Assembly (NCBI RefSeq): GCF_001194135.2
Contig: NC_068983.1
Location: 161,119,964 to 161,183,963, forward strand
DNA length: 64,000 nt
Direction: 5' to 3'
Source of the DNA: Octopus bimaculoides
Lineage: Eukaryota
The number at the start of each line of letters is the position of its first letter. The stretch's first letter is position 1. Of this stretch, positions 41,538 to 54,694 are shown piece after piece. Below the pieces are notes generated by a model that was given only the letters and a program-made list of their open reading frames with translations, was not told the origin of the DNA and did no database searches. The position numbers and the translations under genes are program-made.

Positions 41538-42496
41538 CGCGCGCGTGTGTACGCGCGCGCGTGCGTGCGTACGTGTGTATGCGCGCATGTGTATGTTTAT
41601 GAGACACCAACAATGTACAACATTCAAAGTATCTTTTGCGACTTTGTCCCATTTTTGACAGACTATTTTCAAGATAATTTTAGAAGTTAGCTTGAAAATT
41701 ATCAGGGCTGTCTCGCTTCTTATTATTAAGTGTCCTTCAAGGATCTCAACCGCTAATAGAGTTTTACTACCAGATGTGTTGATGTGGTATCATTTAAAAA
41801 GCTGCCACGAATAGCTAATATTTTTCGATCTAACAATCGACTTTTTTGATCTTCCGGTTTATAAAGGTTTTTTGCGGGGTGTGGGTTTCAGTATATTGAA
41901 CTCATAACATTTAATTCTAAAACAGGTTTCAATACTTTTATCTATAATGCAACAGTGCCATGTGATTAAAGAACAAAGAAATCAGAACGTAGAAAATAGA
42001 AAATGAAACATTGCTTAATAGTATAAATGTTTGAAGACAGATAATCATTGAACAATGAAGTTGAAGTTAGACACAATATATAAGGTCATGTCAATAAATG
42101 ATTGGTACTAGATGATGAGCCTATATTTTTGTAATGTGACTATTTTTATATAGCTTCTATGAAGCTGCTTATTGTTTATTTTTATTTTTGTGTGCATTTT
42201 AAATGGTATTTGTTGCTTTCTTGGTTCAGCCATATTCATCAGTGAAAATGAGTCCTGCAGAGTTTTGAATGAATGAAAAAATACTTGTTGCCCTTTAAGA
42301 GTCCATAATCATGGAATCAGTATTTGTGACGATATTTGTGTAGTAGGTATGTCTTTCATAAGTCTATGAAGAAAAGGGCTGTGGATTTCATTCTTGTTGC
42401 CGCAGGGTCCAAATTTGCATATGCCTTGGCATGATATCAGTATGCTTTAAAGTGTTTTTATTTGTCTGAGCTGATGGATTTGTCAAAGTAGAACTG

Positions 42497-42552
42497 GGCT
42501 GCTGCTACTGCTGCTGCTGCTGCTACTGCTGCTGCTGCTGCTGCTGCTGCTG
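42497..42552. repeat. (GCT)n microsatellite
   Basis: Direct reading. Confidence 0.9.
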
Positions 42553-43159
42553 GATATCAGCCTGTTGGAAATGCTCCTAACGCACTGAAATGAGTGTTAG
42601 ATGAAATGTGATCCGATAAGACGAAGATTTTGTGCAAAGTCCCGATGTTCGTTGTATTCCTTGGAGCTGTTTACTTTAATTATTATTGCTAAAAGCATTC
42701 CACCATTGGTTCAATCACGTGGGTAGCAAGTTTCATACTTGAACAATGGCACTAGGCGTAATGCAAACATTGTTACACAGGATTAACAAACTTAAGTTTT
42801 TCTTAACATCTTAATCACAATTAAAAGTCGTTGTTTTTTGTGATTTAATATGTACCTGAGGTTATATATAAACAGCGGTGACACGAAATTGGTCTAACAT
42901 TTTAATAAAGGCCGCAGTCCGGTGAAAACATAGCAGATCTAATATTGTTCAGTGAGACAAGGAAGAAAATTTTTTAATATTTACAGAGGTCAGCTGCCCA
43001 GTAAATGTGATTTTATGGCAGAACTTACAACACGCAGATTGTCAGTTACATCTATTTTTATAGATGCACTGGGTTAGGTAGCAATATATTTGCATAGCAG
43101 TTTGGAAATACAAGATTTTCTCAGAGAGATCAAAGCAAACTGACTTGCATTCTCTAGAT

Positions 43160-45503
43160 TAGTGGTTCTCAACCGGGCGTGAATCGCCCCCTTGGGGGCG
43201 AAAATCAAATTGGGGGGAGGGGGCGATGAATGCAGTCTTCGATTGCCGACTGTGCTCACAACAAGCAATCACGCATCCAGTGCATCATGACAACAAGGGC
43301 TATTCTCAATAACTGCGGTCAAGCCGTAAAACCAACTCTTTTTCTTAATTCAAATACTGTAACTATGCCCCTGAATAAGTGCGTTATCTTCCAGGATTTA
43401 GTTTATCGATTTATAATGACTGATTCGTCACTGAATTTCTAACCCTTGTTATTATAACACTGGCCGCCGGATTGCGTGATTCTTTGAATACACCGCGCTC
43501 GCCTGAATTTGGCGTTCTCTCTCTTAACCGTCGGACGCAGGTTTAGTGTTTACTAATTTGCATTCGTTCTCACCCACTTTTTATAGCAGGCTCGGCGAAA
43601 AAGAAGTGTCGACAGTATATCGATGAGTACTTACAATATGGTTTTATCAAGAACTCTACAGACCCAAAGCAGCCCTTCTGTATCATGTGTCATCAATCTT
43701 TGTCCAATGATGCCATGAAGCCCTCTCGATTCTCTGACCACATGAGAAGAAAACACCCCGAAAAATTCGGTAAGCCTATCAAATATTTTGAGGGATTGAA
43801 AACTGATTTCGAAAATCGGAGTAGTTAAATCGTTATTCAAGAAGCAGACAAAAATTAATGACGCTGGACTGATTGCTTCCTACAAAATTTCAGAAATTAT
43901 TGCAGAAACAGGTAGTGCACATACGGTAGCTGAAAAGATCATTGTACCCGTAGTAAAAGCAGTAATATCAGAAATCCGTAAGAGAATAGATGAAATGTCA
44001 AGTCATATCGAAGACGTACTAATTCAAAGATTGAAAACAACGAATTTTTTTCTATTAAAACTAACGAAAGCACAGTTATTGACAATAAGGCTTTCTTTAA
44101 TGGGATATGTACGATATTTTGAGAGAAACTGCGCATTACAAGAAAATTTATTATTTCTAAAACTGACTGACACAACGGGCACTTCTATGTTTTCTGCATT
44201 GAAAACATTTTTTGAAGAAAAAAAAAATTCCATATTATGAAAATTTAGTTTCATGTTTTACATATGGTACAATATCTATGATTGGGAGACACAAAGGATT
44301 TATCTCTCATTTCAAAAAGTTGTGCCCTCCAAATTCTAGTTATACAATGTGAGCTACACAAGCATAACCTCGTGACCAAAGATATAAACCCTTTTTCTAA
44401 ATCAGTCATTGAGCACTGTTATGAAAACAATAAACAAAAATCTAACAGTAAATGTGACCGTCTTTTTCGAAAATTTTGAGTCGATGTGACGAACAATATA
44501 CAAAACTTCTCTTGCATACCGATGTCTGTTGGCTATCCAAAGGCAACTGCTTGGAAATATTTCTAAACCTATTTAGTACAATAGTTGCATTCTTACGAAC
44601 AGAAGAACACTCAGACTTAGCCACAGAAATTCAAGCTCAAAAGAAGAACATACACTATCTTAGTTGGATTTTTCGTAAGTTGAACGAGGTCTCTCTCTTG
44701 CTGCAGAGAAAAATGATAACGCTGATAGACTGTAAACAGGTGATGAGAGTTTTTGTTGAAAAATTCCATCTTTTTCAAGTTAATTTGAAATTAAGACAGG
44801 TCCGAACTAGCGGAAATTGACTTATATGTGAAAATGAGATTGGTATTTATTGCGGCCATCTGTCCGCCTTAAAAAATGATTTAGAAACCAGATTGCCGAT
44901 TTATTAAAATTCACTATTTAGCCATGGATGATGGCCCATTCGATTGTGATCCTCACAGTGCACGCGAAAATATCCAGGAAGAAGTCACCGAGATGAAATG
45001 TAACGATGAATTTCAAATTAAGTTCAAAAGAGAAAGATTGTCTGAATTTTGGCAATCAGACACTGTAAAATCACTATATCGAAATTTGTGGTCACAAATG
45101 TCGAAAATCCTTTGCATTTCCCGACATCATGTCTTGCCAAAACTGGATTTAGTACTGTCAATCACATTTTACGGAAGGAAAGAAACAGATTTGACATTAT
45201 TTCACGTGAAGATGTTTGTATCTTTTTGAGTACCATTAAGCTTGACATTGAAATTTTTGCGGAACATCACCAATCTCAGGGCTCACACCAATTAGTCCTC
45301 TTCTACATTTAAATTTAGAATAAGGTTTTATTTTAATTCATTTATCTTTTACATTTACATGTAGAAATTTTTTTTAGCGTTGATTAGTTGTAATTACATT
45401 ATATTTAATATTTGTTATCATTTTTTGGTGGGTGATTATCAATTAGCTTACGTCAAGAATAGTATTTAGGGGGCGATGGCCGAGAAAAGGTTGAGAACCA
45501 CTG
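43160..45503 (+). mobile_element. Full-length, inactivated hAT Buster/Charlie-type DNA transposon
   Basis: TIRs (T)AGTGGTTCTCAACC / GGTTGAGAACCACTG; perfect 8-bp TSD CTCTAGAT (43152-43159, 45504-45511), matching the NTCTAGAN Charlie target. Confidence 0.95.
43585..45291 (+). pseudogene. Buster-type hAT transposase pseudogene (zf-BED + DDE)
   Basis: 'KKCRQYIDEYLQYGF..PFCIMCHQSLSNDAMKPSRFSDHMRRKHP', 'GLIASYKIS', 'LLLHTDVCWLSKGNCL', 'FPTSCLAKTGFS..RNRFDI..SQGSH'; many stops and frameshifts. Confidence 0.9.
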
Positions 45504-47079
45504 CTCTAGATCATAACGATTGCCAGCACAATAGAGACGTCCGAAGGTTTTCTATTGTCTTTCTTGGAATAAAGTAATGTGGAATAAAGTTATGTGTGCA
45601 TGTATCGTGCACGCGCGCACACTCAAACACACACATAAACAGTAATCACGCACAATCATGTACATGAGTGCAAATGCGGCCCTCACATGGACCGACATAA
45701 GCGTAAACTTACCTATAACATATTCTATAAACTAACATAAACGTATATATTCATATATTCCAGGAACTGTTTTAACTTAGACGAAAAGCCTTTTAACTTA
45801 GACGAAAAGCCTTGTCCCTTTGCAGGTGGTCGGGTTGTATCTTGCGAAGAACTTCAGTAAAGCTGTAATTTCAACATTCGATGTACTTAATTGTCCTCTA
45901 GAAAAAATTCGTTCCAGAAATATTAAAACTTGCAGGATCCAGATTGAGTGTCGTATGGTATCATTTAGTCAGCATCTGCTAAAAACAGCAACAAAAATAG
46001 AAGTGAAGGCAACAACTCCTCGAAAAGTACTTCTTGACGATTCTTTATACGATTCTGGAACCGATGGAATAGTGCACCTCAGCAAATACTAGGGAATGAA
46101 ATACGCAAAGAAGATTCTACACGTATATGTTTCTTGTAATCTTGAAGGATGATGCTAACACTGGTGTTGCAAAATTTGACCTGTGCAATATAGTTTCCAT
46201 TTTGTCCTTTATATCGCATCAAAATATCATTCCTATACTTGTAAAGTTATTAAAAACTGAAACTCATCAGTGACTTATGGGACATCCTGTATATCAGGGC
46301 ATTCTGAATATCTTAAAGTGGATATACTGTAGAAAGCTACAGCACTTCAGTCTCCGTCATGAGGAAGCATTTCTATTTTTCTATATCAACAAATACAAAA
46401 TGTTTTTAAGCATGCAGCTGATAGTGGATATTTTCTACCGATGCGGAAACAGACAGATATCCTTATTCAGAACTTCTACCGTACTGTTGGATACGTTTCG
46501 TATGTTACTTATATATGCTTCTGTGCATTTTAAGATTATACGTTTAAACAAGATGTTTTCTTCAAGATGAATACCACAGTGTTGTGACTTTCAACTGTAT
46601 ATCCACGTGCAGCAAGATATACAGGATGCTTTGTCACTCTGATATTAATGAAGTAAAAATAATGCAGACGATAAAAACGACTCGATGATCATTTGCATCA
46701 CAGGACCACATTATGGAAACACAATTTCAGTTTCCTGTATGCTGTGACATATGTATGTGTTCACTAAGATAGTTGTGTTTCTATGTATCCATTTGTTGAT
46801 ATTACAGACTAAAGTTTCACAGAGAAGGAACTCGAACTTAGGAATCAACAGCAGTGAAGAGTTACATATTCGGCTTTACCTATTTTACTCTACTGGTTAC
46901 AGATTGTATTCGTGAAGTGTGTATAAGCTGGTCACTTTCTTCTTCCGAAAAGTCCCGCTTTTCAGGTTTACAGCTTAGATATTTAACAAGCTGTTTAAGT
47001 TTTATTGGTATAAAAGTAAATTTGTAATCTAGGAAGAGAAGCTGTAGGTTTCGAAGCTGTTTTTAAATATTCTCTTTTT

Positions 47080-47670
47080 GGATCTTTTTTAAAACGGGGG
47101 CCACATTTTTCATTAATGTTTTACGTAGTGTTTTTGGTACCGAAAGACTTTCAAACTTCGTATACTTATCTATTTTGTGTTATAGAACAGAAAAATATTT
47201 TTGTATTCGAATTTATTTCATGTAAAAAAATGTCTTATTTCGATAATTTCAACCAATCACTGACAAGTATTCAGTTGTTTACATTTTCTCCTTTGGCTGA
47301 TTAAGCCATAGCTTCGTTTTATTTGCTTTTTTCATTTTAAATTTGCTTTTTTCATTTTCTTTTTTTCTTCTTCGTTTTATTTGCTTTTTTCTTTTTAAAT
47401 TTGCTGTTTTACCCTAACCCTAACCCTATCACCGACAGAATTGTTTCAGAATCGTTTGTTTATGTAGTCGGCACTTAATGTATATCGGCTGAATGGACGT
47501 CAGTGATTGGTTGAAATTACAGAAATACGACAACTTTAACATGAAATAACTTGCGATGTACGTTTTTTTGTTAAGAGAAAAAGATGTTTTATATGACACA
47601 TTCTACCAGTGTTCCAAGTTTCAAAGTGTTTCGTTAATGAAAAATGTGGCCCCCGTTTTAAAAAAGATCC
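47080..47670. mobile_element. 591-bp MITE with 37-bp perfect TIRs, 8-bp TSD and internal (CCCTAA)n
   Basis: TIR GGATCTTTTTTAAAACGGGGGCCACATTTTTCATTAA at both ends; CTCTTTTT at 47072-47079 and 47671-47678. Confidence 0.9.
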
Positions 47671-47967
47671 CTCTTTTTCACTGATTATTCTTACTGCATT
47701 AAATACTGACATCTGCAAAGCAAATTTTAAGCTTTATAACTTTTTTTCTGTCTCAAATAAATAAATATATGGGGCTTGTTGTATTTGCTTTTGATGGAAG
47801 GTGACACTGTTCCATAGATATGCCTTGCGCTGGAACGTATGTAATATACTCAGCAACATAAATATTTTGTTGATGTATCTCAGTACAGTCTTTCACACGG
47901 ATAGCATTGTATATTGTGATGGCATCAATAACATATCGCATCGGAATGTCAATACGTTAATGCACAA

Positions 47968-48550
47968 AGGCGGTGAGCTGGCAGAAGCGTTAGCACGCCG
48001 GGCGAAATGCTTAGCGGTATTTCGTCTGCCACTGCGTTCTGAGTTCAAATTCCGCCGAGGTCAACTTTGCCTTTCATCCTTTCGGGGTCGATAAATTAAG
48101 TACCAGTTACGCACTGGGGTCGATATAATCGACTTAATCCGTTTGTCTGTTCTTGTTTGTCCCCTCTGTGTGTAGCCCCTTGTGGGCAGTAAAGAAATAG
48201 GTATTTCGTCTGCCACTGCGTTCTGAGTTCAAATTCCGCCGAGGTCGACTTTGCCTTTCATCCTTTCGGGGTCGATAAATTAAGTACCAGTTACACACTG
48301 GGGTCGATATAATCGACTTAATCCGTTTGTCTGTCCATTGTTTGTCGCCTCTGTGTGTAGCCCCTTGTGGGCAGTAAAGAAATAGGTATTTCGTCTGTCT
48401 TTACGTTCTAAGTTCAAATTCCGTCAAGGTCGATTTTGCCTTTCATCCTTTCGGGGTCGATAAATTAAGTACCAATTGCGTACTGAGGTTGATCTAATTG
48501 ACTGGCCCCCTCCCCCAGAATTTCGGGCCTTGTGCCTAGAGTAGAAAAGA
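47968..48550 (+). mobile_element. Trimeric family-A SINE (A2 + clipped A2 + clipped A)
   Basis: Second and third units both restart at GGTATTTCGTCTG, directly after AAAGAAATA. Confidence 0.85.
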
Positions 48551-49127
48551 ATATACACAGATTTAGATACCTACCAACACAATATGTGTTGAGTGATTAA
48601 TAATTCGTCTCTACATATACCTCTGTGTGTACATAAATGCACTTGCATATAAAAGGCCAATGAAAGAGACAGACAGTTTCTGTAGAAGGTTATCACTGAT
48701 TAAACTTCGTTTCAGTAAGTTACTAATAATTATTATTTCACCTCTACAAGGTTAAATCCAAATTAACACCGGTAGGTTTTGAACGCAGATAGTACATTTC
48801 AGAAAACTACAAGATAGCTACTGCAAGATAACTCGTTTCGCTTATCAAATTACATCGCTGAAAATAATATCTCACATTTTGCAAGATTAAAATCTGTAAT
48901 AGGGCAGGAATCATGAAAGATAGTTCATTGTTTGTTTTGACAAAAGTAAAGCCAATTTTACGCTTAAGTCTTTCATTCGTCTGGATTACATGAACTTGTC
49001 ATTCTGTAATTGCAAATTTTTTCGTCATATTTATTCTACAAATACATTCTAAAACACACACACACCCACATACACAATGGAATAAAATCTCATGAGCTTT
49101 GTTAAATTATTCTTAATATCTATCTTA

Positions 49128-49330
49128 AGGCGGCGAGCTGGCTGAAGAATCCTTAGCATGCCGAGCAAAATGCTGAATGGCATTTCATCCGTCCAGGGTT
49201 CGAATGCCACCAGAGTCGACTCTTTCTTCCTATCGGAGTCGATAAAATAAACACCAGCTGAGCCCTGAAGTCAATTAATTGACTTAGCCCCTCCCACGAA
49301 ATTGTTGGCCTTGTGCCAAAATTTTAAATC
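49128..49330 (+). mobile_element. Degenerate family-A SINE
   Basis: GGCGGCGAGCTGGCTG..GGGTTCGAATGCC..GGAGTCGATAAAATAA. Confidence 0.7.
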
Positions 49331-50629
49331 TCTCTCTCTCTCCCTCTCTCTCTCTCTGTATGTGTGATGTGTGTACATATGTGACATGGCTGTTGAATAT
49401 GGTCAAGACAGTAAGTTGCAGGGTTATTAAAATTTGAAGTTTCACCTCAATTCTAAGATCATTATGGCTAAGTTAATAAGAAATTCGCAAACGATAGAAA
49501 TGCATTTATATTTCATTCAAAGTTCTAGGAAATATATTAGACTAAGTACAACTTATATCAAGTGACCAGTAATTCTTTAACGCTACTGGTATATCGCTGA
49601 TGAAATAGACCAAATATATTACTGAAACTTATTTGACACGAGAAAAATGGAAGCATAATCCACGCAGGTGAAGGTGAACTGAAATAGTAAGAGACTGGAA
49701 TGTTAGTTTGTTTTTGTGCTAATTAATCAAAATGTTTCTTATCTTGGCGCTTGACGCAAGTTTATAGAAAAGATAAATGAGACCGAATCGTTTATGTGTT
49801 AATGATAATATTTAATTTCTTTTAATTGAAATCTAATTAATATGTAAGTATAAATGTTCATTTAATAATCGCTCAAGTGTTACTTAAGCATGAGCCGTGG
49901 GCGGTCATCAGCATTTTTCAGTCTTACTTTCAACTGCTTATGTTCTGCTTTTAAGTCCCATCGAGGTTAACTTCGCGTTTTATCCCTTCGGCGTCGATAA
50001 AATGCGATAACAGTCAAGTACTGGAAGTGATTACATCGACTAACCTACTTCCTGCAAAATTGCCTGCTTTATGCCTTAATTAGAAACATATAAGCATGGT
50101 GAGGTGTGAAGATATATATATATATATATATAAAAGCAATAATATAGCTTCTCAGGGACAAATCATTAAGTCGAATTTGAAGACAAAGTTTACTAATATT
50201 CAATGAGAGAGCAAACGCAGAATCTGTGGAAAAGGAACCGAAAGTATTAACCAAGTGAATGCAGTAAGCTAGCACAAAAAGAGTGTAAGAGCAATTATCA
50301 GCAAAAGAGTGCACTGGGACGTTAGCCGTGTGTGTAACAGAAAAGTAATATGAACACGAGACAGAGGTTGTTGTGAAGACAAATAAATACAAGATTTTAT
50401 TTGATTTTTCAATTATAAAACTTTATATTGAATTGCTGCGTGAAAATAGGAAACTTCAAAAAATCTACCCGCTAAACAGAGAAGTGGACTGGTATAAAAT
50501 GAAATGGGAAGCTGAAATCTAGGATTTTAAGTCAGTTAAATTAATGCCATACATGAAGCTCGACCTTAGATAACGTTTGTATATTTCTGTACATTAAAAA
50601 TAAATATATATAATGTATGTTATATACAT

Positions 50630-50947
50630 ATGGTTCAGTGGTTAGGGCGTCATGATCATAATCATGAGGTAGTGAGTTCGATTCCAGGACCGTATTGTGT
50701 GTTGTGTTCTTGGGCACGACACTTTATTTTATGTTGCTATAAAAATAAACTGTGACGTCACTGATGCCAAGCTGTATCGGCCTTTGCCTTTCCCTTGGAT
50801 AACATTAGTAACGTGGAGAGGGGAAACTAGTATGCGTGGGCGACTGCTGGTCTTCCATAAACAACCTTGTCCGAATTTGTACCTCGGAGGGGAACCTTCG
50901 TGGTAAAATCCCATGGTCATTCATGACCGAAGGGTGTTTTTACCCTT
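50630..50947 (+). mobile_element. Family-C-type tRNA-derived SINE variant
   Basis: TGGTTCAGTGGTTAGGG..CATGATCATAA..GAGTTCGATTCC..TTGGGCACGACACTTTATTTTATGTTGC. Confidence 0.7.
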
Positions 50948-51704
50948 ACTTTTATATACACATACACACATATACACACACACGCTCGCACACACACATA
51001 CACACACACACATATGCATGGATATGTAAGTGCGTATATTTTTATATAAATGAAAAATAGTTAAAAATAGAGGAGGGAGAAAAGAGAGAAAAAAGCGAGT
51101 GAGTGAAAAGCGTCAAAAGACAACACTCTGTGAAAGACACGTTTATTTTCAAAACAGTTGTTTATTGGTTGTTTTTGAAGAAATATTGTACTTAGTAATT
51201 AGACAGATATTCAGCAAGTGTGTTGGAAATTAGGAATTGTTACTCGAATAAGCGCGTCTACATGACGTGTTGTCCGAAGACAGTGTAAAATTCATCAGTT
51301 ACCTGTCAGGTCGGCGCCTGGTAACCTAAAGTTCTCTCGACAAATTAACCAACTGGTTAGGAGACCGTTAGCAAAGTTTTGTTATACCATACAGTACCAT
51401 ATCAATTACAAGATGCGAACCTGTAAATCATGAACAAGATTCGACCATATTATCTATTGAGCCACCACAAAGTTCAAATGCAACATTACTATCACGCAGG
51501 CTCACATACTAAAGCAACACACACACACACACAAATCTGTGTGTGTGTGTGTGTGTGTGTGTGTCTGTGTGTGTGTGTGTGCACGTTAGTCATGAAACTG
51601 CGATTGACTCCCTGGCCCGATAACTAATGAGGAGTCGGCGTCCATCTATGTCTGTTTCCCGTTTGTTTGTGCATTTCTTAGACTTTTTTAACTCATTATA
51701 TATA

Positions 51705-51810
51705 TGTGGTAAGTAGCTTGCTTACCAACCACATGGTCCCGGGTTCAGTCCCACTGCGTGGCATCTTGGGCAAGTGTCTTCTACTATAGCCTCAGGCCGA
51801 CCAAAGCCTT
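51705..51810 (+). mobile_element. Family-B SINE 5' part, running into N gap
   Basis: GTGGTAAGTAGCTTGCTTACCAACCACATGGTCCCGGGTTCAGTCCCAC. Confidence 0.85.
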
Positions 51811-51820
51811 NNNNNNNNNN

Positions 51821-51861
<41 letters not shown>

Positions 51862-52074
51862 ATGTATGCATATGTATGCATGTATGTATGTATAGAAGAA
51901 ACCGGAATAATCGATTATCTTATGAAATTCATTTGCTTACAGCTGTTACAGGTGTTTCCGCTGTAAGTTGCAGTGGACTCATAGTTGAGAGCCTGAACAA
52001 CACCTTATAGTTTCATCGGAGCCTCAAGTATGAAGTGATCGCAATGCCAAAGCGAAATATATATGTTATATATC

Positions 52075-52522
52075 GGCGCATGCCTGACTAAGTGCTAAGA
52101 AGTTTGCTTCCCAACCACATGGTTCCGAGTTCAGTCCCACTGCGTGGCACCTCGGGCAAGTTTCTTGTACTATAGCCTCCTCAGGCCGACCAAAGCCTTG
52201 TGGGTTGATTTGGTAGACTAAAACTGAAAGAAGCCCATTGTGTGTGTGTGTGTGTGTTTGCGTGCGTGCGTGTGTGTGTGTGTGTGCGTGTGCGCGCGTT
52301 TGTGTGAGTGCGTGCGTGTGTGTGTGTGTGCTTGTGTATTTGCTTGTTCCCAACCGCCGCTTGACAATTAGTGTCGGTTTGTTTACGTCTCCATAACTTA
52401 GCTGTTCGGCAAAAGAACCGATAGAATAAGTACCAGCCTTAAACAATAACACTAAACTTTCTTTAAAGTGTTGCCCCAACATAACTGCAGGCTAGTGATT
52501 GGAACAAGTAAAAAATAAAAGA
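52075..52522 (+). mobile_element. Family-B SINE with internal (TG)n
   Basis: Colinear with 35461-35915. Confidence 0.8.
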
Positions 52523-52544
52523 TATACATGTGTGCGTGTGTGTT

Positions 52545-52772
52545 ATTTCTTTATTGCCCACAAGGGGCTACACACAGAGGGGACAAACAAGGACAGACAA
52601 ACGGATTAAGTCAATTATACCGACCCCAGTGCGTAACTGGTACTTATTTAATCGACCCCGAAAGGATGAAAGGTAAAGTCGACCTCGGCGGAATTTGAAC
52701 TCAGAACGTAGCGGCAGACGAAATACCGCTAAGCATTTCGCCCGGCGTCCTAACGTTTCTGCCAGCTCGCCG
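52545..52772 (-). mobile_element. Family-A SINE (A2 subtype)
   Basis: Nearly identical to 19187-19415. Confidence 0.9.
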
Positions 52773-53057
52773 TGTGTGTGTGTGTGTGAGTGAATGGATG
52801 TATGTGCATTTCTGCGTGGCGTGTGTGTATGTGTGAGGGGTGGTGAAGGTACATGAACTAGTGGTAAGGTTGTGGGTTCGAAACGTGCAGCATTTTTTGT
52901 CTTGAGCAACGTACTTCTTTTCACGTTGCTCCGGTCTACTCAGCCGTAATTTGAGCATTAACTGTCTGTCAGTGTTGCCGCCTCTCTCTTTCCCTTCATA
53001 TGTCACAACATACGGAGACAAGTCCTACTTGCTTGCTGGTGCTCCCTATGCACGCAT

Positions 53058-53096
<39 letters not shown>

Positions 53097-53214
53097 TATG
53101 AGCGTGTATGTAGATATATATATTTATGTGTGTATTTATGCGCCTGTATTTGCGTGTTATGTATTTATATGTATCTGTATTATCCATCAATACATCCATC
53201 CATCCGTCCATACA

Positions 53215-53247
<33 letters not shown>

Positions 53248-53379
53248 GCATACATACATACATATATGCATACATGCATGCATGCATGCATACGTACGTA
53301 CAAAGAATATCCGATTGAATGAAACAGTAGTTTGTTTATTGACTTAAACTGATTTTCTTTATAATAATTCTGTAGTTAA

Positions 53380-53808
53380 AGGCGGTGAGCTGGCGGAGTC
53401 GTTAGCACGCCGGGCGAAATGCTTAGCGGTAGTTCGTCTGCTATTACGTTCTGAGTTCAAATTCCGCCGAGGTCGACTTTGCCTTTCATCCTTTTAGGGT
53501 CGATAAATAAAGTACCAGTTAGGCACTGGGGTAGATGTAATCGACTTAATCCCGTTGTCTGTCCTAGTTTGTCCCCTCTATGTTTAGCCCCTTGTGGGCA
53601 ATAAAGGAATAAGAAACGTTAGCACGCCGGGCGCAATGCTTTGCGGTATTTAGTCTGTCTTTACCTTCTGAATTCAAATTCCGCCGAGATCGACTTTGTT
53701 TTCATCCTTTTAGGGTAGATAAATTAAGTACCAGTTTCGCACTGAGGTCGATCTAATCAACTGGCCCCTTCCCCCAAAATTTCGGGCCTTGTGCTTAGAG
53801 CAGAAAAG
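53380..53808 (+). mobile_element. Dimeric family-A SINE with 11-bp TSD
   Basis: AATTCTGTAGT at 53366-53376 and 53809-53819 brackets both units. Confidence 0.85.
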
Positions 53809-54237
53809 AATTCTGTAGTAGATGTATCAGGATATAATCTGGCTGTAATTTGTGTTAAAATCCAAAACACATTAAGAAGCAAAGTAAACGAAAGTTTGCA
53901 CGTCTATTCTTAAGCAATACTAATGTCAGGCTCCATAGGACCGCACGTTATCAAACAACTTATTGTGAGAATTGTCACCACACGTAACAGAGCACTACAA
54001 CCTGTGTTTCCTGGTAAAATTCCGTCTAGTAGTCACAATATGGCTTGAAGAGAGTGATAAAAAGAAATATATGACTAGAGCTAAAATAGATTAGGGCTGC
54101 GGTCCACAATGTTTTTTGCACCACAGACCAGTCTCATGCAAAACAATTTTTCCACAGAGGAGGGAAATCATGCACAAAGTGTGACACATACACACATACA
54201 TATAATGTATGTATATAACTGGAACTCTATCAATTAC

Positions 54238-54512
54238 GATGGCAAATGTTCCAGTTGATCCGATCAGTGGAACAACCTGCTCGGGAAATTAACGTGCAAA
54301 TGACTGAGCACTTCACAAACACGTGCACCCTCAGGCAGATTCAGCGTAACACACAATGTAACAAGGCTGGCCCATCGAAATATAGGTACGACCCATTTTT
54401 GCTAGCTGAGTGGACTGGATCAACGTGAAATAAAGCTGGATCGCCGGAAATTATACTTACGACCTTAGGGTCATGATCCGTTTATCCTAACCACTAAGTC
54501 ACGTGCCTTCGC
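54238..54512 (-). mobile_element. Family-C SINE
   Basis: Reverse complement has the head GGCACGTGACTTAGTGGTTAGG..CATGACCCTAAGGTCG and the family-C body. Confidence 0.75.
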
Positions 54513-54650
54513 TCTATCTATCTGACACTGTGTGTGCGCGTGTGTGCGTGTGCGTGTGTGTGTGTGTGCATCGTCGTTTATTTATGTATCGGATATTTGT
54601 CTTCATCTTGTTTATTTGACGGATATTTGTCCTCATCTTGTTTATTGTTA

Positions 54651-54694
54651 ACACAACGTTTCGGCTGATATACCCTCCAGCCTTCGTCAGGTGT
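54651..54694 (-). ncRNA. Minimal type I hammerhead ribozyme motif (Penelope-type), core intact
   Basis: Minus strand reads ACAC-CUGACGA-A-GGCUG(GAGGGUAUAU)CAGCC-GAAAC-GUU-GUGU: stem I ACAC/GUGU, 5-bp stem II, palindromic ACGU stem III. Confidence 0.7.

Noticed and set aside
46278-46627. Tc1/mariner-like termini (CATCCTGTA / TACAGGATG)
   Set aside because: They face outward, so they cannot bound one element, and no transposase motif was recognised.
47968-48550. Repeat-spacer look resembling a CRISPR array
   Set aside because: Units are ~170-190-bp SINE bodies with no unique spacers; eukaryotic context, no cas genes.
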